A stretch of 64,000 nt of DNA. It comes from Negaprion brevirostris (Eukaryota). Positions 24,174 through 36,554 of this stretch are shown one piece after another. Position numbers and translations under genes: made by a program. Under the pieces are notes generated by a model that saw only the letters and a program-made list of their open reading frames with translations, was not told the origin of the DNA and did not search any database. The DNA lies in the NCBI GenBank assembly GCA_030324005.1, contig JARDVH010000110.1, positions 49,871,268 through 49,935,267 of the forward strand, in the 5' to 3' direction. Each line of letters begins with the position of its first letter. Position 1 is the stretch's first letter.

Positions 24174-25506
24174 CCTGGGAAAGGTAGCTCCATCTGTTCC
24201 GGCCAGTCATCCTGCTCTGTGCTGTAGTAACTATGTCTGGACAACTCGTGAGTTGCATCTTCGTTCTCACTGTCACCCAAAGCACTGTCTGAGCTCTCGT
24301 TTCGGGGGATGTCCCATTCAACTCCAAAAGGTGCTTTTTTCTGAAGACGGTCTACTTCCCCACAGGGGTCATCAATAGAGACCTTGTCTCTACAGTCCTG
24401 CTCAGCAGAACTGAGTATATGTGAATCTAAATCCATTCCATACACCTTACAAGTGCACATGCAATTGTTCACACTCAAGTCACGTTGCTGTTCATTATCC
24501 TGAATGCTAGGTCCTATTTTTGAAATATCTGGTTGCCCAATGTTTTGCTGATCTTCTTTAGGAAGATCATCGATAGTCTTTGTTTCTATTAAATTATCCT
24601 CAGTAAAATACTCATCAAAAAGGCTCATACTTCCTTCATGTGTAGACTTCCATTTATAACTGTGTGCATTGGATAATGGATCCTCTATCCTATTAGTTTT
24701 GCTTTGGTCCAGAGTTATAGGCAGAGCCTCGTCTGTTTGTGTTCTTTTCAGCTCCTCAATACCTTTCTGTAGTGCCTCCTGGACCTCATTTCTCTTGGCT
24801 TCTGTATCAGAGTCAGGCGACAGTGAGTAGCCAATCTGAAAAGTGACTTTTTGCATTGCATTCAGACTGTTGTTACGGAGATGATTTGCACTACAGGGTA
24901 CAGAAGTAGACAGCTGTTTATCAGGAGGCAGTTTCTCGATCACAGGCTCTACAACAGCAGATCTGACAGACAGCACTGTTTCGGTCTTAGCTTTCTGAAG
25001 GCAGCTTGTGCTTTCCTTGTATTGCTTGATGGTATCTTCTCCGCTGAGAGCTGCAAGGTTTGTGCTATAACTACTCAGACTGCTGTTGGTTTTCCAAAAC
25101 TTCCTGTGACATCGCATGAATTCTTCTTGCCTGGTGACATCATTCTGGTCTTTAGCTGGGTGAAGTGGACACTTCTCACTCCGACAGACACTTGCAGCAC
25201 TGTCCCGCGAGAAGGAGTTCTGATTTTGCAATATGGTTGGAAAGAATGAACTTTTATTCCTGTGCAGCGTAACCACAACATATTCCGACTCTTCCACCTC
25301 TCCTTTCTCCAGGGATGTGGTCATTACTGATTCATTCACTTCAGCTTCACCATCGCCTTCCACCACCAGCTGGGTTTCCTGCAGCTCAGAGCACCGGATG
25401 AAGTACGTGAGGAAATGAAGGAGTCGCTGAACCAATTCCTGTCGTTTACCAATTACCACTGTCCGGGCTAATCTTACTGGAGATCCTATAGCACCATGTA
25501 GATCGA
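24174..25506 (-). CDS. FNIP1: FNIP1 exon 14 (large exon)
   Basis: 1333 nt, tgttag|TC...GG|gtaagg, open throughout (429-aa ORF in the track). Motifs GAIGSPVRLARTVV, FLTYFIRCSELQE, EKGEVEESEYV, SMSLFDEYF, EWDIPRNESSDSALGDSE, ELPFPG. Confidence 0.97.
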
Positions 25507-27189
25507 CTAACAGAAAAATAAATAATTAAAATCAAAAGGACATTTTTGACATGAAGTTATTTTGGGAGAGTGGGCAGGGGAGACAGGTAATGGAGATGAA
25601 TAAATTTCAACATCTGAAAACTTTTTTCCCCACTTCAAGCACAGGGCCCTTAGGTTTACTGTGAGCCAGATGCGAGGTAAAATTTGCTTTGCTTTTCAAT
25701 AATCCAATTTTCCTCTTCCAACCTGTATTCAAATATCCCCATTACACCACTATGAATTTTCCTTTTCTCCTTATAGTCTCCAATCAAGTAGAATTCCAAC
25801 AGATTGAATAATTAAGTGCCAAATTATGGACACTTTTGCTCTATGAATGCAAAGTTATGAAGCACAAGATTTATCAATCCTATTTGACAGGGGTTTACCA
25901 CGAGCAGAAATTTCATCCCAGCCTGACCTATTAGCATCCAAGTCCCAGGAGTGGATGGAAGTTTATGCTCATAGCAATTATTCCCTCTTCAATACTGTTA
26001 AAATATCTTTGTAAGGTTCATTTGTGTATTTAGGTCACAATTCAAAGAAACACTGGTATATCAAATAAGGAAAAAAAGGCTTTAAAACAAAACAAAAATC
26101 TACAGTTAGTTTCTATTGAGGGCAACTCTCGTGTATAACATAACGCATATACAACAATTAATTCAAACCAGGACTGAGACCAATTGCAAAATATTATCCA
26201 TATGTATACAACTTAATTTTATGGTCAATGATCAAAACTAGAATTATATAAATAATGGGCTAATTAAGTAGTTAACATGCAATGAGATACAATCCGAATC
26301 TTCTTTCAATGGCAAGGGCTTCACAATTAAGTCAGAGGCATTACATCAATAAATTTTAGCAATTAAAGACGCACATTAAATATGATTTACTAGCTCATAA
26401 TCTAATTTCAGTGTTGTTAAATTAAGTAAAGGCATTTTATGTTCCATGACATCCTTGATAATGGCTGAATGATGAGAACTAAAATTGAAAATCCTTTCAT
26501 CATGAGGTGTGAAGAAAAAAAGTGAAGCAGCCACACAGATCATAGAAATGGAGGAGTAGACACATTGGGGTATTAACAACTCATGTTTCCAATTTTATAT
26601 TTGACTATTCATTCTTTAAAAAAGATAATGGTTTAGAGTTTCCACTTTTATTGTAAATCAGAAAACGGCAGCCAAAATCTGCCCAGAACTGCACTGGTTA
26701 GACAGCACATTTCAACTTCTTGTGAAAATACATTTTCATAATCATAACCATCAAACTTTGCACAGACCTGTGCAATCCAGCAGTGAAATAGAACAAAACC
26801 CTTGTCTTTCAATTAAAATAATAAGGCAGTAAACGCGTGCAGTTTTATTAATATAACTGAAAATAATCTCACTCAAAAATAAACATTGTTAATAGTGTAT
26901 CCAGTCCTCCACCAGTGAGCAAGCTGATTAAAAAAAATCACTGAAAATAATTTAATTATTGAACCATTTAATTGTTTCATCAGTTTCTTAGTACATTAAA
27001 TGTGCTATTTATTTGGAAAAGCTTTTAAAATGTGCTCTTTACTGTCAACGTATCTCAGAAAATGGATTCAATTTGAAGAAACTTTGAGTCAGTGTAATTC
27101 ACAGAATCTTACAATTTCAGCTGGGGTTGTTGCAGTTTTAAAAACAAGGCCTGATTTGGGTGAATTACGTTAATATTGTTAGAAATAGG

Positions 27190-28380
27190 AGGTGGTGGAG
27201 GATGTAGGACCCTTCGTGTTTGCTTCACAACTCAGTTCAGTAAGATCTTGGCTGATCTTTGAGCTCAACTGCTCTTCCCCATCCTATTTTCATTTCCACG
27301 TTTTCCTTCACACCATCAATCTTAACAATTTAATTCTTGAATGTACTAAAAAATTGAGCAGAGACCTCTGGGGTAGAGAATTCCAATGACTCACAATCCT
27401 CAGCAAAGGCATTTCCCATCCTAGTCTTATATGGATAATTATGTCCAACTCTGTTCTGTAGAAGGGTCATATGGATTCAAACTTTAACTGTTTTGCTGTC
27501 CACAGATGCTGCCAAGCCTCAGGTTTAAGTAGCATTTTCTGTTTTTATTTCATGTCTAACCTCTAATATTTTTAGCCTATGACCAATTTGTTTAAGTGCA
27601 TGGGTAGTTTAAATAATTTTGAGTTTTAACTTACAAGGGGATGACTTGTTCGTAGCTTATGTGGGAACTCACAGGCTACTGCATTGCTGTGTAGCTTGGA
27701 GAGAATGTCCTCTCTCCTAAACCTCTTACCCCATGATTACAAGAGTCTCCAGTCACAGGGAAGAGCTTCTTTGCACCCATGAAGCTCTTTCCAGTCAAGC
27801 CTTCTAAGAATTTAAAGAGATTACCTCACATCCTTCTAAATTCCAGAGAACATAAATCCATTCTACTTGCTCTATCCTCAAACAACAACAACCCCCCCTC
27901 AAGAATCATAGTGAAGCTTTGCTGAACCACCTCTAAGGCAAGTATATCGTTCTTTAGGTAAGGAGATCAAAACAGTACTGTCAGAGGGTCTCACCAAATC
28001 CAAGATAAATGTTAAGAATTCTTTATGGTCATATTCCAACCCCTCTCCATTAAAGCCTAACTAACATTGCATTTACCTTCAGAATTGTTTCCTGTACTTG
28101 CATGTTTATATTTCTGTGATGTGTGTACTAGGACACCTAAATGCCCGTGTAGCAATATTTATTGCCTCCTACTAAAGGTTTTAAAAAAAATTTTGCTTTT
28201 CCATTCTACCTATCAAATGGATAACTTCATAATTCCCCACATCATACATCATTTGCCACTTGCTTGCCCAATCACTTCACCCGCCTATGTCTCTTTGCAG
28301 ACTGTGTGCTCCTCACAGCTTACTGTCCAACCTAAATTTGTATTGTCACCAAAGTTGGATTTGTTACATTTGTTATTGAT
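27190..28380 (-). mobile_element. Decayed CR1 LINE 3' fragment, interrupted
   Basis: CR1-like tail near 27190-27420 and RT C-terminus-like pieces at 27800-28370 (ttgtattgtcaccaaagt, reverse complement of an F.D.TK-like motif). Confidence 0.6.
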
Positions 28381-28534
28381 TTAAACTGTAATTAGTGAGG
28401 ACTGAGCGCTGAGCTTTGCAGAAGCCAATAACTTGAACTGACAGAAAATATTGCAGAAATCCTGAGCACAAAGTGGTCTTAACTTGTGCATAAATCCCCT
28501 GATCTTTAGCGCTGGCTCAGTCACATCACCCAGG

Positions 28535-28680
28535 CTGCATTGTGTTACAACATTTGTTTGCCACATTACAATCCCTTGGCTACACTGTGAAGTCAATACA
28601 TCTCAAAAAGTATTTAATCGACTGTATAAGCAGTTTGAAACATCCTGCAGTTGTGATAGGCACTACATTAAACTAAGTAT
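28535..28680 (+). mobile_element. L2-tailed ancient SINE remnant (DeuSINE/SacSINE1-like tail)
   Basis: acattacaa...caaaaagtatttaatcgactgtataagcagtttgaaacatcctg...gataggcactacattaaactaagt resembles the recalled SacSINE1/AmnSINE1 3' tail. Confidence 0.5.
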
Positions 28681-28784
28681 TTATAATGTTGAATTAACTA
28701 GTGGAAATGCAAACTCAAGCCCAATTTACTCACATCCCCCAATTACACTACATTTGCAGATATACTTTATGGGGCAGGACTTAC

Positions 28785-28954
28785 CTAACTGGGCCCAAAG
28801 CGGGTTATACGGGTTTGATTTTGATAGCATATCCACACTTCGAGAGGAATGTTTTTCCAAGAAAATCTTAATAGGTGGCTGACCATTGGGCATTACTGTT
28901 GGGACCCAGGCAAGATGATTCGTGAGGACAGCAGTAATGAGGGCTGGCAGAAAC
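28785..28954 (-). CDS. FNIP1: FNIP1 exon 13
   Basis: 170 nt, aaccag|G...G|gtaagt. [37 protein letters not shown]...PYNPLWAQL is FNIP1-type, not FNIP2-type. Confidence 0.97.
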
Positions 28955-30799
28955 CTGGTTAAAGACAAGATAAACATTTGAGCAATTCAGACAGATCACA
29001 TTCATCAATTCTACTTCAAAGTGGGGTCAGTACATTTTTTGTCTTGGAACAAGGAGGTATGACACACCTGAGGAACAAATGATGGCATTACATCAGCAGG
29101 AGAGAGGAAGTTCAAACCCCAATTCACCAAGTTCCCCATTTTACTCAAGGGCACTACAGTCTCAAGACCGCCTACAATTACTTGCACACTGTTGAGCAAG
29201 CCACTCAGGTCAAACTACTACAAGAAAACTATAATAAAAAAAGGTGGACCGCCTGTCTCAACCAAGGCAACGGATTCAGACAAGACAAGGCCACACCCAG
29301 CCTCAATGTCATTCACAGATCTGTGCCACCATTAGGAAAGCTGCCCAATAGATTAATCAGTCTGACAGCCACACTCAGAATCACACCTTTCAATCAACAC
29401 CATGGACACTTTCAAAGCATCCCTGCATATGTCCTGTTTCACTGGTAAGATTCACTAGAAGTGGCAGCGGCACAATGGTATGCAGTCTGGAGCGAGTGGC
29501 TCTGATATTCCTTACCACTGACTCCAGGTCTCATGAAGTCTCATGGCATCACGCAAAATTTGCAAGGAAATGCCCTAATAATTAACACCTATTGCAATCT
29601 CACAGCGAATAAAATCAATACTCCTTCATGTTGAATACCACTTGGAGGAAGCACTGAAGGTGACAAAATCACAGTGTTCTGGGCGAGGAGAGGGGTGGGG
29701 TGGCCTAGTGCACCATTATTGACTTAGTTGCTTGACTCTGAAAGGATGCATCTGCCAGACTTGGCCTGTGACACTGAGAACATCAAGAGGGAAATACCTC
29801 CTTGGCCTCATCCTCACTTGTCCTCTGCCACAGCTGCATCTGTCCACGACAGCATTGTTAGGAATGATCTCAGCAGGGTCCTTATGGTCCCGTATTCACA
29901 TTCAGGATACCCTCCATTGCGCTTTGTGACAACGTATTCCATTGTGCTGACTGAGATAAACGCAGAACACACTGTGCAAATGAAAACTGGGCATCCATGA
30001 GATAGCATCAGCAGAATTGTATTCAACCATAATCTGTCACCACATGGTCTGGAATGCCCTTCATTCTTTCATCACCAGCAAGCCAGGGGATCATCGCCTT
30101 GTTCAATGAGGACCATAGACAAGTATGCTAGAAGCAGTAGCAAGCATATTTAAACATGAGCTGCCAACCTAATGAAGCTACAGTACAGGACTACATGCAT
30201 GTAAACAGCAGAAGCAGCATGCCTCTAGACAGAGCTAAGCAACCCACAACTAGCAGATCAAATCAAAGATCTGCAGTCATGTCACACCTAATCATGAATA
30301 GTGATGGGATAACTGAAACAAACAACAGGAGTCATTATCTCCATTAACACCCCCATCCTCAAATGGTAGAAGAATTCAGAGTACTTGAATGAAAAGACAA
30401 AACATCTTCAGCCACTGTCAAATGGTGGCCCACCTTGGCGAACCCAAGGCCCCCAGCATCACAGATACCAGTCACAGCAATTTACATTGACTCATTTAAA
30501 GCACAGAGGAGGCCTTTTGACTTAAATCCAGGCAATTTGGTTCACTTCAGGTGATATCAAGAAATGGCCAAGGGCACATAGTTACAGTAAAGGATATTGG
30601 TCCCGACAACATCCCAATGGCAGTGTTGAAAGTACGTTTCAGAGCTGGTTGTGCCTCAGGCCAAGCTGTTCAGGCACAATTACAACACTGGAATCTCCCT
30701 GGCAAAGTGGCAAATTGACAAGGTATGTCCTGTACACAAAAAGCAGAAGAAATTCAATCTAACTAATCGCTATTCCATCAGTACGTAGGATTGAAAGGA

Positions 30800-31605
30800 C
30801 ATTGGACTTCGGAGTAAAAGGAAGTCATTTGGCCCTTTGAACTTGCTTGCCATTCAATAAAATCATGGCTGATCCAGCTGTGGATCTCAACTCGACTTTC
30901 CTGACTATGATCCGGAGGAGGGAACTGAGTGTACGGTGTTGAAATTTGCTGATGACACCAAGATTGGTGGAACGGCAAATTGTGCGGAGGGTGTGGAGAG
31001 TCTGCAGAAGGNNNNNNNNNNNNNNNNNNNNNNNNNNNNNNNNNNNNNNNNNNNNNNNNNNNNNNNNNNNNNNNNNNNNNNNNNNNNNNNNNNNNNNNNN
31101 NNNNNNNNNNNCAATAAGGGAATTAAGGGTTATGGGGAGCAGGTGGGTAAGTGGAACTGAACCCACTATCAGATCAGCCATGATCTTACTGAATGGCGGA
31201 GCAGGCTCGAGGGGCTAGATGGCCTACTCCTGCTCCTATTTCTTATGTTCTTATTCCCCACAACTTTGAACTTCCTTGTCTATCAAAAATCTATCCAAAA
31301 TAGCCTCAAATTAATTCAGCTCCCAATGCTTCCTGGGAAGAAACTAACGATCCTCAGAGAAAGAATTTATCCTCGTCTCTGCCTTAAAAGGGAGACTTCT
31401 TATTCTTAAATTGTGTAGCTTAGTTCTAGTCTCCCCCACTAGTGGAAAGATCCTCCAGGTATCTACCTTATCAAGCCCCCTCAGGATTTTGTATGTTTCA
31501 GTAACACCACTTTTCATTCTCCTAAACCCCAATGGAGGTAGGCCCAATCTGTTCCTTCTTTCTTCGTAATATGTGCCTTTAATTCCAGGAATTAGTCGAG
31601 TAAAC
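30800..31605 (-). mobile_element. CR1 3' fragment nested in the L2-like LINE
   Basis: ETYKILRGLDKVD..RIFPLVGETRT..HNLRIR peptide; its tail (30800-30905) is separated by a younger insertion. Confidence 0.8.
30906..31253 (+). mobile_element. Young CR1 LINE, 5'-truncated, gap inside
   Basis: LKFADDTKIGGTANCAEGVESLQK and an intact tail gatggcctactcctgctcctatttcttatgttctta with CpGs retained. Confidence 0.9.
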
Positions 31606-31613
31606 TTTCTGGA

Positions 31614-31840
31614 GGGACCCAGGTCGAGTCACTCTGTGTGGCGCCTGTACGTTCTCCGTGCCTGCGTGGGTTTCCTCCCATAATTTGAAAGACGTGCTGG
31701 TTAGGTGCACTGGCCATGCAAAATTCTCCTTCAGTGTATCTAAACAGGTGCTAGAGTGGCAACTAGGGGATTTGCACAGTCATTTCATTGCGGTGTTAAT
31801 GTCAACCTACTTGTGACACTAATAAATAAACTTTAAAAAC
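31614..31840 (+). mobile_element. HE1-like SINE, tail type B
   Basis: gggacccaggtcg...gcgtgggtttcctccc...gtgacactaataaataaacttta. Confidence 0.82.
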
Positions 31841-33609
31841 TTGTCACCGACACAGTGATGGAAAGGATTGCCAACAGTATTATCAAGCAGCATTGAACTC
31901 ACCAATACTCAGTTTTGGTTCCAATGGACCACTTGGCTCCTGATTTAATTACTGTCTTGGTCCAAACGTAGACAAGATCATTTAAATTCAGGGGTGTGGT
32001 GAAAGCAACTGCCTGCGACATCAGGGAGCATCAAGTGGGGCATCAAGGCATCATAGCAAAATTGAAATCAGTGAGAATTGGGAGAAAGCTCTCCATTAGC
32101 TGAATTCATATCCAGCACAACAGGAAATAGTTCTGGTTGTTCGAGTCTAATCATCTCAAGACCTAGACATTGTTACTTGCACAAGTTCCTCAAGGTAGTG
32201 TCCGAGGCACAACCATCTTCAGCTGCTTTGTCAACGATCTTTCCTTCAATATAAGGCCAGGCATGGGAACATTTGGTGGTGATTGCAGCGTTCCTGCTAA
32301 TCAACTTCTGAGGGATTGAAACAGTCTGTGACCAGCAAGATCTGAACAACACCTGGGCATGGGCTCAAAAATCACAAAGATTTGTGCCACACAAGGTCTG
32401 TCAATGACCATCGCAAAGAACAAAGAGTTTAAAAATCATCCCTCAATATGCAACAGCATTTGTAGAATCCCACATCATTCTTAAAGTCACTATGGATCAG
32501 AAACATAACTGTGCCAGCCACATAAAATTCTGCAGCTAATGGGTCACGAGAGACACATCTCCTGACTCCCAAAGCCTTTCCACCATTTGCAATGTACAAG
32601 TCAGGAGTGTGATGGAATGCTCTTCACCTGCCTGTTTTCAAAGCTGCACTTATACAAGAAACTTATCATCCAGGACAAAGCTATCTGTCTGACTGATCCA
32701 CATGCTACCAACAACAGTTTGGCTGCTGTGTTTACTATCTTCAAGATGCAATACAATACATCAACACTCCAAGGCTTCTTTAATAGCAACTTCCACATGT
32801 GACCTCTAGCAAGGACCAAGTGCACTGAATCACCTCCTTGGTGATTCTGGCAGACCATTATGAGTTGGAAATGTATTCCTGTACCTGAGTTATGGGTCAA
32901 AATCCTGGAACTACCTTCCTAAACAGAAATATGAGAGCACCTTCACTACATAAACAGCAGCAGTTGAAGAAGGGCAGTCATTACCACCTTCTCAAGGGCA
33001 ATTAGAGATGGATAGAAAACAGTGGCCTTGACAACGACACCCACGTCACACAAATGAAGTCAACTTTCTGCTCAAATATTTGCAAAAACAGGGTCAGCTG
33101 TGCAAATTAAATTGACAGATCAAGGAAGAAATTTTAATTCTTGCATAGTGACACTAAATCACCAATAACAGAAACAAAATATTTGAATTATCAGCATGTA
33201 ATGTTCACCCAGACAAACATCAATCCAAAGACTTTGTGGACCACCTGGGATCCTGTCACGCACTTTAGTTTGAAAACCAACGCTCCAAGAAGCCACTCCC
33301 ACATGAAGAAGTCTGTGTGCTCACCAACAAGGAAGACTTCTTTCTGGGTTGTTGGAAACCTCTATCTTGAAAAGAGGTCATCTTTTCAGGTGCTGGAAAT
33401 CAAGTTCTTCCTCTCTTTTAACCCAAAAGATGGCAATGGGGACAAGGTGGGTAGACGAGAGAGAGGGGAATTGCGGTCATCATCGAGTTAGCAAAAATCA
33501 GTTGATACACAACACAATGAAGCAAACAGAATAATTATTCATGTTTATTACAGAGCTGTACTTCTGGGCATCGATAATAAACACCAGAAGATTCAAATTA
33601 ATCCTTACA

Positions 33610-34025
33610 TATCTCAGAATTGTTAGCACAGGAGTCCATTCTGCATCATATCTGTGCTGATTCTCCAAACAAGCTATTCACTCAGTGCCATTTTCCCTCT
33701 TCTCCCTGCAACCCTGCACATTCCACCTTTCCAGAAAATGGTTCAATTTCCTTCAGAATGCTTCAGTTGAATCTGCCTCCACCACAATCTCAGGCATTGT
33801 ATTCTAGACCTTAACCACTTGCCACGTGAAGCAGCTTTCCCTCGCGTCACTTTCGCTTCTTTTTTCTATTATTTGAAATCTTGCCCACTCCTTCTCATGA
33901 GTACCTCTATCAAGTCTCCTCTCAGCTTTCTTTTGTCCAAGGATAACAGTCCCAATTTTTAAAGTCTATCTTCAGAACTGAAGTTCCTCATCCCTGGAAT
34001 TATTCTTGTGAATCCTGTGATGAGT
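33610..34025 (-). mobile_element. Decayed CR1 3' fragment
   Basis: gttgaatctgcctccaccaca...caggcattgtattctagacc...tctcctctcagctttc typical of reverse-complemented CR1 ends. Confidence 0.65.
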
Positions 34026-34843
34026 CTGCAAACCTAGCTGGCTCTGAGGAATCCAGGGCACTCTCACAGCGAGGGGTGAGCAAGTGAAAATTAAAATGTT
34101 TGTTTTTCTTCTCTTTTGCCTCCTTACAGCCAGGTTCGGAGCAGCCAGTGAAGGAGCCAAGTGCAAGGACGCTTCTAACTCTCGTCAGGTATATAAAAGG
34201 CAAAATACCCATGGGGGCTGTGTTGGCAACAAAACAAGAATCTTCTCTTTTGAGCTCAAGAGAGAACAGTTAAGATTTTTACTTTCTCTCTCATGAATTT
34301 TCCTGCTTTATCCTTTGGTCGAAAAGGGGAAATAGGCAAGTGATTAACTCTTGGGCCTTTATAAGTGCAATTCTACACTTCACCACTGGATGGTGCACAA
34401 GGGGCATTGGACTGCAGCCTCTTTGCCTGCTGAGAATTATCTGGCCCCCACTTTGTGCTTCCTCCGTGACTGCACCATTTTATAATGAAGTGCAGTAGGG
34501 TTTCTGCCCGCTATTGTTTTGCGCATACTGATAAAGCATCGGTTGCTTTAAAAGCAAAATTGAAGGTTCCTCCAAGCAAATAAATAATGAAGCAAAGCAA
34601 AAGTCAGGAGAGAGAAATAAAATCTGACCAAAAATATTGAAGCAGCTGATGGATTAATGATGTCAATTGCTTCTTTTTTTTGCAAACATTACATAAAATA
34701 ACTCTAAATAAAACTTTTGGAAATACGCAGCAGATCAACTGGCATCTATCTGTGGAGAAATGTTTCAAACTGATAAGGCTTCACCAGGACATGTTTTACT
34801 CATCTCCTCCCCAGCTTATGAACAGTCTCCTCAAGTACTCAAC

Positions 34844-34990
34844 TGGTTCTTTGACGTTTGGTCCATCAGTAAAGCAAATTCCTTCATGAACTGCTGGCAA
34901 AGCAGGTTTTTCTCAGGTGTTCCAGACATCATGGTTAACCAGACTGGCTCTGCAATCCTTGGCATCGTGTAAAGATTATATATCACAGTC
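34844..34990 (-). CDS. FNIP1: FNIP1 exon 12
   Basis: 147 nt, aattag|G...CA|gttgag. [49 protein letters not shown]. Confidence 0.96.
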
Positions 34991-36079
34991 CTAATTTTGA
35001 GAGGGGGGGGGAATGGAAGGAAGGAAGAGGAAAAAAAGTCAAGGTTTTTTTGGAAACCAAGCACAATTTTTCTTTGAAAAATACAGAAATTGCATGTCAA
35101 TGAAACAATATGTGTTACGTTTCCTCGTATTAGCCATCGGTCTGAAAACAAAGATAAAAAGGAAAATAGGCTTCTTCACACCCTTGTGCTTTAATCGGCA
35201 TCACAAACTAATAGTCATATCCCATCAACATTTAAATGATTGGCTATACCAGGCCCGAGGTGGTCGTGCCGATTACAGAATTTTTTTTAAAATGAAAAAT
35301 GATCTAAAGAAAGACCTTGGTGATTTTCGATGGCCCTCTGATTGTTTCCTTTGGCAGCTTGTTCCAGGGTGGAACACCCTTGGAGTCAGCTAACATGAGC
35401 TGTTACTGCACCATATCTTCTAATATTACCCAAGTATACAATATATTAGAAGTATCTGTTGTGCTTAGAAAGCCGATCATATTTCATAGCAAGCAGCGTA
35501 CAACCTGCTATTCTTAAAACAGTCCCTGATATAAGCTGCAACTGATATATGTTCCCCTGACAGTTATCAAATTCCACTGGCCCTGGGCCAGCAGACATGT
35601 GACGGGTAAAATGGAAACATGGTTCTCAAGCATTTTAAGTCTTTCATCCAAAAAAAAATACTCTGGAAAAAAAAAGTCAGCACAGCTGCTGCAATTCTCT
35701 TAAGCTGTTTCAAAATGAAAAACACATAATAAATTTCTCCCGTTGACAAACATAATAACATAACAGCATTAAAGGAAGTGAAAGGATCTGCCACTTAACT
35801 GTAAATCTCTTTTGCTACAGTAGCCTGTCCCGATGACAAGGTACTGCCTCTGAACAAAAGACCCAGATATTATTTTTTCTTCTAAATGCAACTCATGCAG
35901 GTCTCACAAGAAATCCTTCCAGTTAAAAAAGCTCGTGGGCACTTGTGAAGAATTGCAGCAATTCATTCCTGGTCATGCTATTTATAGTCAAGGTAATAAC
36001 AGACATGTGGGACTTCAGTAGGCTGTGACAGTGGTAAGGTAACCTCTGACTGAAGGACAAAACCCTGAGAACCCTCAAT

Positions 36080-36333
36080 CACAGTGGTTAGCACTGCTGC
36101 CTCACAGCACCAGAGACCTGGGTTCAATTCCCAGCCCTGGTCACTGTCGGTGCAGAGTCTGCACATTCTCCCCGTGTCTGCATGGGTCTCCTCTGGGTGT
36201 TCCGGTTTCCTTCCACAGTCTGAAAGAAGTGCATTGACCTGAACAGGCACCACAGTGTGGCAACTACTTGGATTTCACAGTACCTTCATTGCAGTATTAA
36301 CGTAAGTCTAACTTGTGACTAATAAATAAACTT
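36080..36333 (+). mobile_element. HE1-like SINE, tail type B, internal deletion
   Basis: cacagtggttagcactgctgcctcacagcaccagagacctgggttcaattcc head; ends aataataaataaacttt. Confidence 0.88.
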
Positions 36334-36554
36334 TATTTTCACTTTAAGTACCTCATTCAATGCTGTTTAAGGACATTCTATTGAAGGTCCACGCATGATA
36401 AATCCTCTGAGGAATTCTTCAGAAGCTGCTAATGGCTATGTCATGATCATTTTTCTTGAAGATGTTTTTGTTTAAAAATCCCAATAATTACAATCCCAAG
36501 GACTGCGTTCATAGTTGGTCTGTAGCCATTAAATCCAACTTGATTTAGCTTTTA

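Larger units (their letters stand above)
29470..33060 (+). mobile_element. Long decayed L2/CR1-group LINE ORF2 with nested insertions
   Basis: Endonuclease-like 5' part; RT motifs VCPVHKKQKKFNLTN.R and VPQGSV.GTTIFSCFVNDL (32185-32240); 3' end cttctcaagggcaattagagatgg...cccacgtc. Confidence 0.78.

Noticed and set aside
23846-24187. 113-aa + strand ORF overlapping the end of exon 14 as an antisense gene
   Set aside because: No recognisable domain, splice or promoter support; length compatible with chance.
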